A DNA stretch of 22,525 nucleotides from an uncultured archaeon (GTDB lineage: Archaea; Asgardarchaeota; Lokiarchaeia; Sigyniarchaeales; SOKP01), in assembly GCA_964447495.1 (NCBI GenBank), contig CAYUTF010000055.1, forward strand, positions 1 to 22,525, written 5' to 3'. The translations under genes and the position numbers were made by a program. Below the pieces are notes generated by a model. The model saw nothing but the letters and a program-made list of their open reading frames with translations, searched no databases and was not told where the DNA came from. Below are positions 1 to 9,337 of the stretch, one piece after another; the stretch's first letter is position 1, and every line of letters begins with the position of its first letter.

Positions 1-72
1 CTATTTAATAAGGAATTATTGAATAATTTTATTATATTTTTTTAGTTTCATTATAATTATATAATAAATTTT

Positions 73-1404
73 ATGGTGTTTATTCTGGATGATATGAAAA
101 ATATATTAATCAAAGAAGCGGAAAATTATGAAAAACGCTCTAAAATTGAAGCTCAAAATAAAAATTATGATGATGCAATTGCATTATTATTCCAGGCAAA
201 AGAGAATTACGAAAAAGCGGGGTTAACAGGACAGAGCTCGATTATTATTAAGGAAATCGTGCGATTACAAAGTCTAAAAAAAGAAGAGCAAATTCAAATC
301 GAACTTTCAAGAGGAGAGGAAATTCGACTAGAAATAAATCATAAAGAAAATCTTGAAACGAAAGGGACTGAAACTCTTGAGAAAGCATATAAACTCGCCC
401 TTAAAGGGGAATTAGATGACGCCATTGATATGTATAATGAAGCATACAATATTTTTAAAAAGTTAAATTATGATTATGAATGTAAGCAGATTCTCTGGCA
501 AATAAACGAGATTAAAGAACACCAAAGATGGACTAGAGGTGGAAAAGGAAATAAACAAGATATTCCCATAAAGGATATTGTATCTTTATCTCAAGCTGAA
601 AAGAGAAGAATGAAAATTCAAAACCAACTTACTTCTCATGTAAGACCGAGCAAAGGGGAACCCATAAAGGAAATCCTACCAACTTCTCCCTCAGAAAGTA
701 TCCGTGAAGTGAAAAAACCTAAATTATTTCAACAAATACAAGAAAGAGAAAGAAACCAGCAATTACAAGAAGAAAAAGAAGAGGAACTCCTTAAGGGAAT
801 TCAAGATAACCGAATCCTAAAAATCCGAGAAAAACAAGAAAAGTTACGTATAATCAAGCAACAAAAAGAAGCAGAGGAGGGATTGATTAAACAAGCTAAC
901 ATTTTATTAGATCAAGGTAATAGAAGCATAAAGGATAAGAAATATGATGATGCGAAACAATATTATTTGCAATCAATTAAAATTTTTTCAAGCTTAGGAT
1001 GGAATAACCAGGTAAAGACATTAAATCAGGAACTTAGAAACATTGAAATATATAAACAAGAAGATGAGAAAAAATATTATTTAGAACAACAAAAAAGGCA
1101 ATTAAGTGAAGAAAAGTTCCAAAAGCGAGTATCAACCGCAATTAGTGAGAAAGAGAGATATCGTGAAAAACAAGAGGCAATGCATTCAAATCTTCCTCCT
1201 GAAATAAAAATTAAATTAGAAAAAGCAGAGTTTACTAAATTAAAGGCACAAAAAGAAGAAACGACACAAAATTTTAGTCGTGCTCTTGCGAGATATCAAT
1301 ATGTACTGGATTTGTATAAATCAATTCCCAAGGAAAATTTTAATGCTTCTGAAGAAATTAAGAGTCTTGAAAAAAAAATTTCTGAGCTAAAAGAGAAAAT
1401 GTAA
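73..1404 (+). CDS. TPR-like helical repeat protein with charged coiled-coil segments
   Basis: 443-aa ORF with repeated helical hairpins (NYDDAIALLFQAKENY, ELDDAIDMYNEAYNIF, KYDDAKQYYLQSIKIF, NFSRALARYQYVLDLY) separated by E/K/Q-rich stretches. Start could also be the ATG at 94. Confidence 0.7.
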   Translation: MVFILDDMKNILIKEAENYEKRSKIEAQNKNYDDAIALLFQAKENYEKAGLTGQSSIIIKEIVRLQSLKKEEQIQIELSRGEEIRLEINHKENLETKGTETLEKAYKLALKGELDDAIDMYNEAYNIFKKLNYDYECKQILWQINEIKEHQRWTRGGKGNKQDIPIKDIVSLSQAEKRRMKIQNQLTSHVRPSKGEPIKEILPTSPSESIREVKKPKLFQQIQERERNQQLQEEKEEELLKGIQDNRILKIREKQEKLRIIKQQKEAEEGLIKQANILLDQGNRSIKDKKYDDAKQYYLQSIKIFSSLGWNNQVKTLNQELRNIEIYKQEDEKKYYLEQQKRQLSEEKFQKRVSTAISEKERYREKQEAMHSNLPPEIKIKLEKAEFTKLKAQKEETTQNFSRALARYQYVLDLYKSIPKENFNASEEIKSLEKKISELKEKM

Positions 1405-1451
1405 AATTCAATGTTCCTTTTTATTATTCAACACATTGATTTTGAAATAAT

Positions 1452-2489
1452 ATGAACAATCCTTTTTCCGATTTTTACCATGTTCCTAATGGTCAAGAAT
1501 TACTAGATATTGCGTTTAAAAGAGCTATGAAAAGTTCAGCACAAGTTTCAAAAAACGCACCAATTTTACTCAAAGCAAAAAAGAAAGAACTCAAAAGAAT
1601 CAAAGTTGCTATCAAAGAAATTATTGAAAGGATTCTTCAAATTATTAAAACTGTTCCTATGATTGGAGAATTACCTGAATTTTATAAAGAATTAGCATCT
1701 TTAATTGTAGATATTGATGAATTACGATTGACTTTGGGTAAACTCAATGGTATCCTTCCCATTTTCAATCAAATCGAACGAGAGTCTTCAAAAAAATTAA
1801 GTCAAATAGAGAATCCAAAAGAAGCAGATAAAATTCGGCGATCTGCATTTGGGAGAATTTCCTCGATCTTAAGGAAGCAAAACGCGAATCTAGAATATCT
1901 AAATGAAATAAGAGGAGGTTTAAGAAAAATACCTTCTCTTGACTACACTATCCCGTGTGTTGTAGTTGCGGGCTATCCCAATGTTGGAAAGAGTAGCATT
2001 GTAAAAAATGTTTCTACTAATAAAAAGATTGAAGTACAGGAGTATCCTTTCACAACAAAAGAGCTCAATTTAGGTCATCTAGAAATACAAAGACGATTTG
2101 ATACAATTAAAATTCAAATAATGGATACACCTGGTATCCTCGATAGACCTATGCCTAGTAGAAATAATATTGAATTAAAAGCAATTTTAGCTCTAAAAAC
2201 TATATCAGATCTCATCCTATTTGTTTTCGATCCTACCCCTGCATGTGGATATTCCATTAATTCTCAAATTGAATTATTTCAAGAGATAAAACATAATTTT
2301 ACAAAGGAAGGTAAAATTAGCATTCTAGTATTGATTAATAAAATGGATTTAGCAAGTGCTAAAGAAATTGATTATCTTAAAGAACACTTAGGATTAAAAG
2401 AAAATGAATACTTCCTAACAAACGGCTTAACTGGAGAAAATATTGATAAGGTAATTACATATTTATATAATAAGTATAATCAAGACTAA
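1452..2489 (+). CDS. nog1: NOG1-family (OBG-like) GTP-binding protein, ribosome biogenesis
   Basis: G1 GYPNVGKSS, G2 YPFTT, G3 DTPG(ILDRP), G4 NKMD; N-terminal helical domain with ELLDIAFKRA and LPEFY typical of NOG1. Confidence 0.93.
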   Translation: MNNPFSDFYHVPNGQELLDIAFKRAMKSSAQVSKNAPILLKAKKKELKRIKVAIKEIIERILQIIKTVPMIGELPEFYKELASLIVDIDELRLTLGKLNGILPIFNQIERESSKKLSQIENPKEADKIRRSAFGRISSILRKQNANLEYLNEIRGGLRKIPSLDYTIPCVVVAGYPNVGKSSIVKNVSTNKKIEVQEYPFTTKELNLGHLEIQRRFDTIKIQIMDTPGILDRPMPSRNNIELKAILALKTISDLILFVFDPTPACGYSINSQIELFQEIKHNFTKEGKISILVLINKMDLASAKEIDYLKEHLGLKENEYFLTNGLTGENIDKVITYLYNKYNQD

Positions 2490-2520
2490 TAAAGCTAATA
2501 ATTAGAAAAAGACTTAAATT

Positions 2521-3603
2521 ATGTTTATCTTAGGTTTAGACATTGGTGGTGCAAACACTAAAGCAGCATTAATCCAATTTGAAGCAGCAACTATCATTCA
2601 ACAAGTTTCCCATATAGAGTATTTTCCTTTCTGGGAGAAAACTTATAAAGATATTATCGGTATGTTTAATAGAGCTGTAGAAATTTTAATTAATAGATTG
2701 GATGTTTCACTAGAAAGTATAGATTATATAGCCGTTAGTATTACTGCAGAACTTTCCGATGCGTTCTATACTAAAAGAGAAGGAATATTTATTATTTTAG
2801 AGTCATTAAAAGAAGTATTTGATCAAAAGAAGTTACTTTTTATTAATACTCGTAATCAATTTGTTGACTATTCTTTGGCAAAGAAAGACTATTTAGCTAT
2901 TGCAGCAGCTAATTGGGTTGCGACAGCATTGTTTCTTGGAAATTTTATAGAAAATTGCATATTAATCGATGCGGGATCAACCACTATCGATATCATTCCC
3001 ATCAAAAATTCAATTCCTATCACTGTAGGAAAAGATGATACTTCTCGAATGATAAATCATGAATTAATTTATACAGGCGGTTTAAGAGCGACGATTCCCT
3101 CTATTACTCATTTTGTCCCCTATAAAGAGAAGTTATTAAGAATATCATTCGAGAAATTTGCTCTGATTTCAGATGTCCATCGGATATTGAATAACATCAC
3201 AGAAGAACAATATATTAATGATACAGCGGATAATCGGTCAATTTCATTAGAAGATTGTTATGCGCGCTTAGCAAGAATTATATGCTCAGATTTAGATCTC
3301 ATTTCTAAGAAAGAACTAAATGAGATTGCAAATTATATTTACCAAAAACAAATTGAATTAATCTCTTCAGAAATTAGATTACTAATGAATAATTTAATTA
3401 CACGGCATCCTGAATTTGAATTTAATCCTAAATTTATTATAACCGGTTTATCTGCCGAGTTTTTAATAAGAAAATCGTTACTCATCTTAAAGTATGAGAA
3501 TATAATAAATTTTGAACAAATTACGAAAATTCCTGATAATATTAGCTCATCAGCCTTTGCAGTAGCAGGGGCATTATATTATAATTATTTACAAAAGTCT
3601 TAA
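2521..3603 (+). CDS. mfnF: MfnF-like methanofuran biosynthesis protein (hydantoinase A/oxoprolinase family, H4MPT-linked C1 transfer protein)
   Basis: GLDIGGANTK, ITAELSDAF..KREG, AAANW, LIDAGSTTIDIIPI, ELIYTGGLR, TADNR motifs; adjacent to an mfnE-like kinase. Confidence 0.85.
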   Translation: MFILGLDIGGANTKAALIQFEAATIIQQVSHIEYFPFWEKTYKDIIGMFNRAVEILINRLDVSLESIDYIAVSITAELSDAFYTKREGIFIILESLKEVFDQKKLLFINTRNQFVDYSLAKKDYLAIAAANWVATALFLGNFIENCILIDAGSTTIDIIPIKNSIPITVGKDDTSRMINHELIYTGGLRATIPSITHFVPYKEKLLRISFEKFALISDVHRILNNITEEQYINDTADNRSISLEDCYARLARIICSDLDLISKKELNEIANYIYQKQIELISSEIRLLMNNLITRHPEFEFNPKFIITGLSAEFLIRKSLLILKYENIINFEQITKIPDNISSSAFAVAGALYYNYLQKS

Positions 3604-3605
3604 TT

Positions 3606-4331
3606 ATGGTTTTAGATAAGGCGATTTTTAAAATTGGTGGAAAAATATTAGAGAACTCTCAAAATCTTAATAATACAATTTCGCAGTTATATCAATTACT
3701 TCAAGAAAATATTATTAAAAAAATTATAATAATTCCTGGAGGGGGCTCTTATGCTAATTTTATTAGAGAATTAGATAAGGAATTAAAAATTGGAGATACC
3801 ATGGCACATTGGATGGCGATATATGCGATGGATTATAATGGAAAAATAATTGGAAAGCAATATCCCAATATAAAATTAACAGATGATTTTGAGGAATTAA
3901 AAAAAAATGATAACATGATATATCTTTTTTTGACATTCAAATACTTGAAAGAGTTAGATGAATTACCATACAGCTGGGATATAACATCGGATTCAATTTC
4001 TCTCTATATTGCTAATAAACTTCAGATTGGTGAATGTTACTTAATTAAAAAAGTAGATGGTATCATAAATCGAAACAAGGATGTTATTAAAGAGATAAAT
4101 ACATCTAATTATATTAAATTAAAAGCTTCTGGTAAATTAGCTAAAATTGATTCAAATAATGATCCTCTTAAAAAATCTAAACCAATTGATAATTATTTAA
4201 TCAAATTTGTTGATAAATATAAAATTTCATGCGTAATATTAAATGGAGCACAAGATCATACACGAATTTACAATTATTTTGCTCTTTCTGAAGTTAAAGA
4301 TAAAATCTTTACAAAAATCTCTTATATTTAA
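3606..4331 (+). CDS. mfnE: MfnE-like amino-acid-kinase-family protein ([5-(aminomethyl)furan-3-yl]methyl phosphate kinase)
   Basis: FKIGG, IIPGGGSYANFIR, AHWMAIYAMD, LPYSWDITSDSI, KKVDGI motifs; 2 nt downstream of mfnF. Confidence 0.82.
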   Translation: MVLDKAIFKIGGKILENSQNLNNTISQLYQLLQENIIKKIIIIPGGGSYANFIRELDKELKIGDTMAHWMAIYAMDYNGKIIGKQYPNIKLTDDFEELKKNDNMIYLFLTFKYLKELDELPYSWDITSDSISLYIANKLQIGECYLIKKVDGIINRNKDVIKEINTSNYIKLKASGKLAKIDSNNDPLKKSKPIDNYLIKFVDKYKISCVILNGAQDHTRIYNYFALSEVKDKIFTKISYI

Positions 4332-4463
4332 ATACATAAATGGAAAAATACGCCATAATTTCTTTTTTATAAGATCAATTAGGATGAAAGTTTTAATTAA
4401 TTTCGAATTAATTATTAATTAATATTATAAAAAATATTGATTAAAAAATAATGTGAAGCAAAT

Positions 4464-4964
4464 ATGGATCCAGAAAAAGTAAAGAAAAATGCAGAATTCC
4501 TTGTAAAAAATCTCAGTGGAAAAGAAATAACGGGATCAGTTAATGTCGGAATCAGATATAAAAAACTTGTTGATTTTGCGAAAATTTATGGGATTACTGA
4601 TCCAAAATATGTCGGTCCAGAAGAAGATGGAATCATTGCGTGCCATGCTTTTGCTAATCATTTTACCATTAAAGCACTTTATAAACTGCTTTTAGGAATG
4701 AAATTAACTCAAGAGGGCAAAGAACGTACCTTTATTTTAGATCCCGGGAAATTATTGCATGCGGGTCAACTATATAATTGGGATGGATGTGAGGATGTAA
4801 GATCGGGAGATAAACTAAATATTACGGCCAAATGGGGTAAGGTATGGGTAGCTGTGGATAATATGATTTTATTTGCAGAATTACATGTAGAAGTAAAAAA
4901 TCAAAATGATGAGATGGTCTGTAAACCAGTAGTTACTGCTGCTGTAAGACCTGGAGGATATTAA
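4464..4964 (+). CDS. Hot-dog fold MaoC-N/HadA-like dehydratase partner subunit
   Basis: FAKIYGITDPKY, LLHAGQLYNW, VRSGDKL, VKNQNDEMV pattern of MaoC_dehydrat_N-type proteins; lacks the full hydratase-2 catalytic motif. Confidence 0.7.
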   Translation: MDPEKVKKNAEFLVKNLSGKEITGSVNVGIRYKKLVDFAKIYGITDPKYVGPEEDGIIACHAFANHFTIKALYKLLLGMKLTQEGKERTFILDPGKLLHAGQLYNWDGCEDVRSGDKLNITAKWGKVWVAVDNMILFAELHVEVKNQNDEMVCKPVVTAAVRPGGY

Positions 4965-4989
4965 ATTTAATATTGGAGGTTATTAAAAA

Positions 4990-5538
4990 ATGGTAAAGAT
5001 TAATGAAATGAATTTTGGTCAGGTTATTAGAAATGAATTTGATGGAATTACTAGAGAATTATTAAGAGAATATGCTAAAGCATCTGGAGACACAAATCCC
5101 ATCCATACTAATGACGAAATAGCTGAAAGAGCTGGCTTAAAGGGCATCATTGCTCATGGACTTTTCTCATATGGATTTTTAACTAAATTATTTGAGGATT
5201 TTTTAGAACATGGCAAATATGGTAAGCTTATTGAAACCCAAACTTCTATGAGAGGGATGGTACGATGTGGTGATAAACTTATTACAGAAGCTAAAGTCGT
5301 GAAAATCGAAGGAAAAAGGGTTCATTTTGATGTGACTCAAACAACTATAACAAATGTTGATATTAAGGATAAAGATGGAAATATCGTAAAACAATTTGAG
5401 GCTGGTGAACGCGGTTATGTTTCTGAAAAAGATATTGAAAAAGATTTGGTGAAAACAAAACAAGTTGATGAAGGTATCTTAACTTATAGAGAACGAATAG
5501 CAAGTCCGGGCTCTGCTATAATAGAATTAAATGAATAG
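4990..5538 (+). CDS. MaoC-family (R)-specific enoyl-CoA hydratase / 3-hydroxyacyl dehydratase
   Basis: Hydratase-2 motif YAKASGDTNPIH...AGLKGIIAHG; GGAGG Shine-Dalgarno-like site upstream. Confidence 0.88.
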   Translation: MVKINEMNFGQVIRNEFDGITRELLREYAKASGDTNPIHTNDEIAERAGLKGIIAHGLFSYGFLTKLFEDFLEHGKYGKLIETQTSMRGMVRCGDKLITEAKVVKIEGKRVHFDVTQTTITNVDIKDKDGNIVKQFEAGERGYVSEKDIEKDLVKTKQVDEGILTYRERIASPGSAIIELNE

Positions 5539-5570
5539 ATAAGAAAAGTTCTAAATAATAATATTATTAA

Positions 5571-5588
5571 CTCTCTCTCTTTTTTCTT
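5571..5588 (+). terminator. Pyrimidine/T-rich tract, probable archaeal terminator after the MaoC pair
   Basis: ctctctctcttttttctt about 30 nt after the stop at 5538. Confidence 0.4.
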
Positions 5589-5765
5589 AGTTATAAATAA
5601 AGATTATCATGATTCGCTATTTCTTTTATTCTCATTAAGTTTAAAATATCAAATTTCTATGTATTTGTTGAAAAACATTTTTATAGTTTTACGACAAATG
5701 AGATATTTGCAATATTTGATTTAATTGTTAAATAAACAAAATAAAGCGGATTTACTATTATTGCT

Positions 5766-8681
5766 TTGGATGTTAAAAAAATAGAAGGTTTGATTTTAAG
5801 CGGTAACTATGAGAAAGCCGCAGATGAACTATTTTATGTTATTGAAAAAAATCAACCTTCAGATAAAGAATTGGTGTATAAAAGTCTAAATCTTTTAAAT
5901 AAAATATGCGATAAATCACCTACAATATCTTTAAGAGCTGTAAAAGTAATAAATAATTTAATTAATGATTCTAATTCTTGGATTAGGCTTGTATCGTTAG
6001 AAATTCTTTATCAAATCTCATTATATCGTCCCAACTTATTGATTGATCTTATTGAGAGTATTAAAAATCGTTTCTACGATAATGAACCTGCAGTAAAAAG
6101 ACTTGCTGTAAAAATCATCGGAAATCTCATATTATCATTACATATTGATAAAGAAGAATTATATAAAATTATTGACGAGTTCAATTCAAAGCTTTTAGAT
6201 AATGATTGGAAGGTCAAATTGCAAGTTATAAAAACTCTTAAAAAGATATTAAATCAAGATTATACTAAAATTCCCGATTTTGAACCGCTTTTATCAATCA
6301 TAATTGTAAATTTACGCGATGATGATGACGATGTTGCTAGATCTGCCGCAGAATTATTAAAGATAATAGGTACTTATTTTCTATCGAAAGAAAAAATAAT
6401 GTACGTTCTTTTAAATCTTTTATATAATGAAGAACATCGAGTAAAAGAACTGATAATATGGTTATTTGGAGAAATAGGCAAGGAAAAATCCTCCGAAATA
6501 ATACCTATTATTCCTAAATTAATAGCTCTTCTAAAAGAAGATAATTATAGAATCCAATTGCGTGTAATTGATGCATTGGTGAATATTTCTAAAAACAATT
6601 TTGATCAAATATGGGCCAATTTGATTAATGCTTTATATTCAAGTGATTTTGACTATAGAAATGTTATTATAAACGCCCTTTATCATCTAAGTCAAAATAA
6701 TATCATTGAGGTTTTCAATTACATTTTTGAAGAGTTTGAAAACCCTTCTGAAAATGTGAGAGATGCCGTTGCATTGGTATTTAAAAGATTGTATGAGGAA
6801 TATCAATTAGAGATTGAAAATGAAATTACAAAAATTCTTTATACCCTCGAATCAAAGTTTTGGAGGGAAAGAGAAAAAACAATCCTCCTCTTACGTAATA
6901 TATGTGCAATTTTAGAAAGTAAAAAAATTGCTGTGTGGATTTTCATTGAATTAGAGAAAACGCTAAATGCAGAAACCGATCCTGACGTTAAGGATGAAAT
7001 TTTATATACTCTAAAAAACATTAAACAACTATTTAGTGAAATTCACGAAACAATAAGAAGAGTAAATGAGGAATTAGAGCAATTTCAGAAGAAAATTAGA
7101 GAATTTCAAAAGATTCCCGCTAATTTTCGTGAAAAAATGAATGCATATATAAAAGAATTTAAATTTCGAGATACAGAAATCGAATTGGATAAAATTTATC
7201 GTACTCTTTTAAAAAAAATTAAAAAGTTTAATAAAAAAATTAATAAATTTGAATATAAGAGACTTGCTTTTAATTTAATTGAAGATTGGGAAGAGACAAA
7301 AGTTAATATTATCGATGAATTGAGTATCATAAAAGGGTTCATTACTGAGGTATTTGTAGAGAAAAAAAAGGAATTTACGATTAACATTAAGTCAAAAATA
7401 AAACTTTTCCAAGATCGAATCAAAATTTTAAAAGCACAATTTGATGATATCAAAGAATATACTTTTCCAGATAATTTAGATCAAATATTATTAAGTAATA
7501 CTCAAGATGAGGCACTTAAAGAGAAGTTTTTTCAAATTACTCAACTAAGGAATTATTTATTTAAATTAGATGATGATATTCGTGAAGATCTGGTTGATAA
7601 TGTTGAATTTAACGAAATTTATAAAAATTTATTACGGAAATGGGTAAGTACAAAAATCGAAATTCAAGAATATCTTAGTGATTTAGATCGAAAAATCAAA
7701 GTTGTAAAGGATAAAGTAGTCGATTATTTCATCGAGATTCAAAATCGTAAAGAAATTGTCGAAGAACATAAAATTAACGGTATTAGAAATGAAATGGGAT
7801 TTCAATTATTTCAAGGACATATTCAAACCCTCATTACTCAATCAATTGAAGGATTTAAAAAATTTAATAATCAATTTGATACTTTGGACTCGAAAATTAA
7901 ATCCTTAATTAAAAAAGATGAGTTTTCCGATGTCAAGAAGGTGATTGAGATGAATACCACACAGATTCAAAGCTTTATAGAAGAAAGTGAAAACCAGATT
8001 GATAACATTATCGGAAAGATAACTGAAGATAATAACGTGTTTAATCTTTTTGTAAGACCCTACTTAACTAAATTTGTTGATACTAAAGAATTGCTAATCA
8101 ATAAGCTGAAAAGTTTTAATAAGAGGAGCAGAGACAAATTAATACTAGCACAAATAAAATATTATCTCGAAATAATGAACCGTATCAAACTTGAAAATCT
8201 AGCTTCATATATCGAAATGGATCTAGAATTGTTGACGGGGGAAATTCTAAAATACATTCGGAAAAATAAATTAAATGCAAAAATTATTGATGATTACTTA
8301 TATAGTCCCGAAGAAGAGAATATTCTAGAAGATAAAGAGTTACTTTTTTTCAAAAACATTAAATCAATTGGTAATAAAATATATTTCAACTTTAAATTAA
8401 ACAATCCAACTAATTTGGTGTTTAAAGAATTACAAATAGCATTAAAAGTCCCTCCTTATTTGCTATTCCTTAAAAAAGAAAGCTTCCCAATGCTTCTTTT
8501 TCTTGATGAGCTAAAATCAGGAAATGTTTTTAAATTCAATTACGTCTTTAAGATTAAACGAGATATTGAAAGAAAACTAACGGATCCAACCGTCGATGAG
8601 GTAACCCTTAAATTATATTATAAAGATCCGTTCAATATTAATCGGAAAATAACGAAAAAAATAAATCTTCTCCTTCCCTAA
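5766..8681 (+). CDS. Large HEAT/ARM-repeat protein with central helical/coiled-coil region, PCI/winged-helix-like segment and C-terminal beta-sandwich
   Basis: 971 aa, TTG start. HEAT repeats (LINDSNSWIRL, FYDNEPAVKRLA, LLDNDWKVKL, LRDDDDDVARSAA, LLKEDNYRIQL); IKLENLASY...KLNAKIIDD segment; beta-rich C-terminus. Confidence 0.8.
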   Translation: MDVKKIEGLILSGNYEKAADELFYVIEKNQPSDKELVYKSLNLLNKICDKSPTISLRAVKVINNLINDSNSWIRLVSLEILYQISLYRPNLLIDLIESIKNRFYDNEPAVKRLAVKIIGNLILSLHIDKEELYKIIDEFNSKLLDNDWKVKLQVIKTLKKILNQDYTKIPDFEPLLSIIIVNLRDDDDDVARSAAELLKIIGTYFLSKEKIMYVLLNLLYNEEHRVKELIIWLFGEIGKEKSSEIIPIIPKLIALLKEDNYRIQLRVIDALVNISKNNFDQIWANLINALYSSDFDYRNVIINALYHLSQNNIIEVFNYIFEEFENPSENVRDAVALVFKRLYEEYQLEIENEITKILYTLESKFWREREKTILLLRNICAILESKKIAVWIFIELEKTLNAETDPDVKDEILYTLKNIKQLFSEIHETIRRVNEELEQFQKKIREFQKIPANFREKMNAYIKEFKFRDTEIELDKIYRTLLKKIKKFNKKINKFEYKRLAFNLIEDWEETKVNIIDELSIIKGFITEVFVEKKKEFTINIKSKIKLFQDRIKILKAQFDDIKEYTFPDNLDQILLSNTQDEALKEKFFQITQLRNYLFKLDDDIREDLVDNVEFNEIYKNLLRKWVSTKIEIQEYLSDLDRKIKVVKDKVVDYFIEIQNRKEIVEEHKINGIRNEMGFQLFQGHIQTLITQSIEGFKKFNNQFDTLDSKIKSLIKKDEFSDVKKVIEMNTTQIQSFIEESENQIDNIIGKITEDNNVFNLFVRPYLTKFVDTKELLINKLKSFNKRSRDKLILAQIKYYLEIMNRIKLENLASYIEMDLELLTGEILKYIRKNKLNAKIIDDYLYSPEEENILEDKELLFFKNIKSIGNKIYFNFKLNNPTNLVFKELQIALKVPPYLLFLKKESFPMLLFLDELKSGNVFKFNYVFKIKRDIERKLTDPTVDEVTLKLYYKDPFNINRKITKKINLLLP

Positions 8682-8730
8682 TCCTTTCTATGTAAAAGTT
8701 AGTTGCTATTGATAAGGCAATCTGATTATC

Positions 8731-8747
8731 TATCGAAAAATTCGATA
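8731..8747. promoter_or_regulatory. Perfect inverted repeat TATCGAA-N3-TTCGATA upstream of the selenium cluster, candidate operator
   Basis: 7-bp arms read directly, about 75 nt upstream of the ATG at 8822; contains ATC-N9-GAT (T-N11-A). Confidence 0.45.
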
Positions 8748-8821
8748 AAGATCATTGAAAAAATTAATAAATAAAAAATAATTCTCATAATCATATAATT
8801 TACCCCTTAATTGATGTTATT

Positions 8822-9337
8822 ATGTCTAAGGAAAGTAAACATAAAATTAGCCATATTATTAAGGTTCCCGCGTTTTTGGGCTTAGTTATAGGTTTTTTTG
8901 CTGCATTTGTTCAAGCCTTAATAATTAGCGCTGGTGAACCTGAAGCATACGGTTTTTGCGTTGCTTGCCATATAAGAGACTTAGTAAATGCGCTTTTTAA
9001 CGCTTTTACTGGTGAAACATTAGGACTCGCTCCTATATCAGCAGCAACTCCTGTTCTAACGATTATAGGGGTTATTATCGGAGGATACATAGCTGCTACT
9101 AAAAATAAGGAATTTAAAATCAAAAAATCAAAGCCCTTTATATATTTGCTCTACTTTTTAGGAGGAATTGCAGTGCTTAATTTTGCCTTATTATTAGGTG
9201 CTTGTCCATATAGAGCAGCATTAAGGTTTTCGTATGGAGATCTAGTTGCTTTAATTGGGATACTTTCTATTGCGGGGGGTGTAGCTGTAGGCGTCTTAAT
9301 CCTACTATTTACTATGAAAAGGAGAGGAGTCTACTAA
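8822..9337 (+). CDS. yedE: YeeE/YedE-family selenium/sulfur transporter, N-terminal half
   Basis: Hydrophobic; GEPEAYGFCVACHIRD resembles the G-F-C-x-A-C-x-x-R-D motif of selenium-associated YedE; LLGACPYR motif. Confidence 0.85.
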   Translation: MSKESKHKISHIIKVPAFLGLVIGFFAAFVQALIISAGEPEAYGFCVACHIRDLVNALFNAFTGETLGLAPISAATPVLTIIGVIIGGYIAATKNKEFKIKKSKPFIYLLYFLGGIAVLNFALLLGACPYRAALRFSYGDLVALIGILSIAGGVAVGVLILLFTMKRRGVY

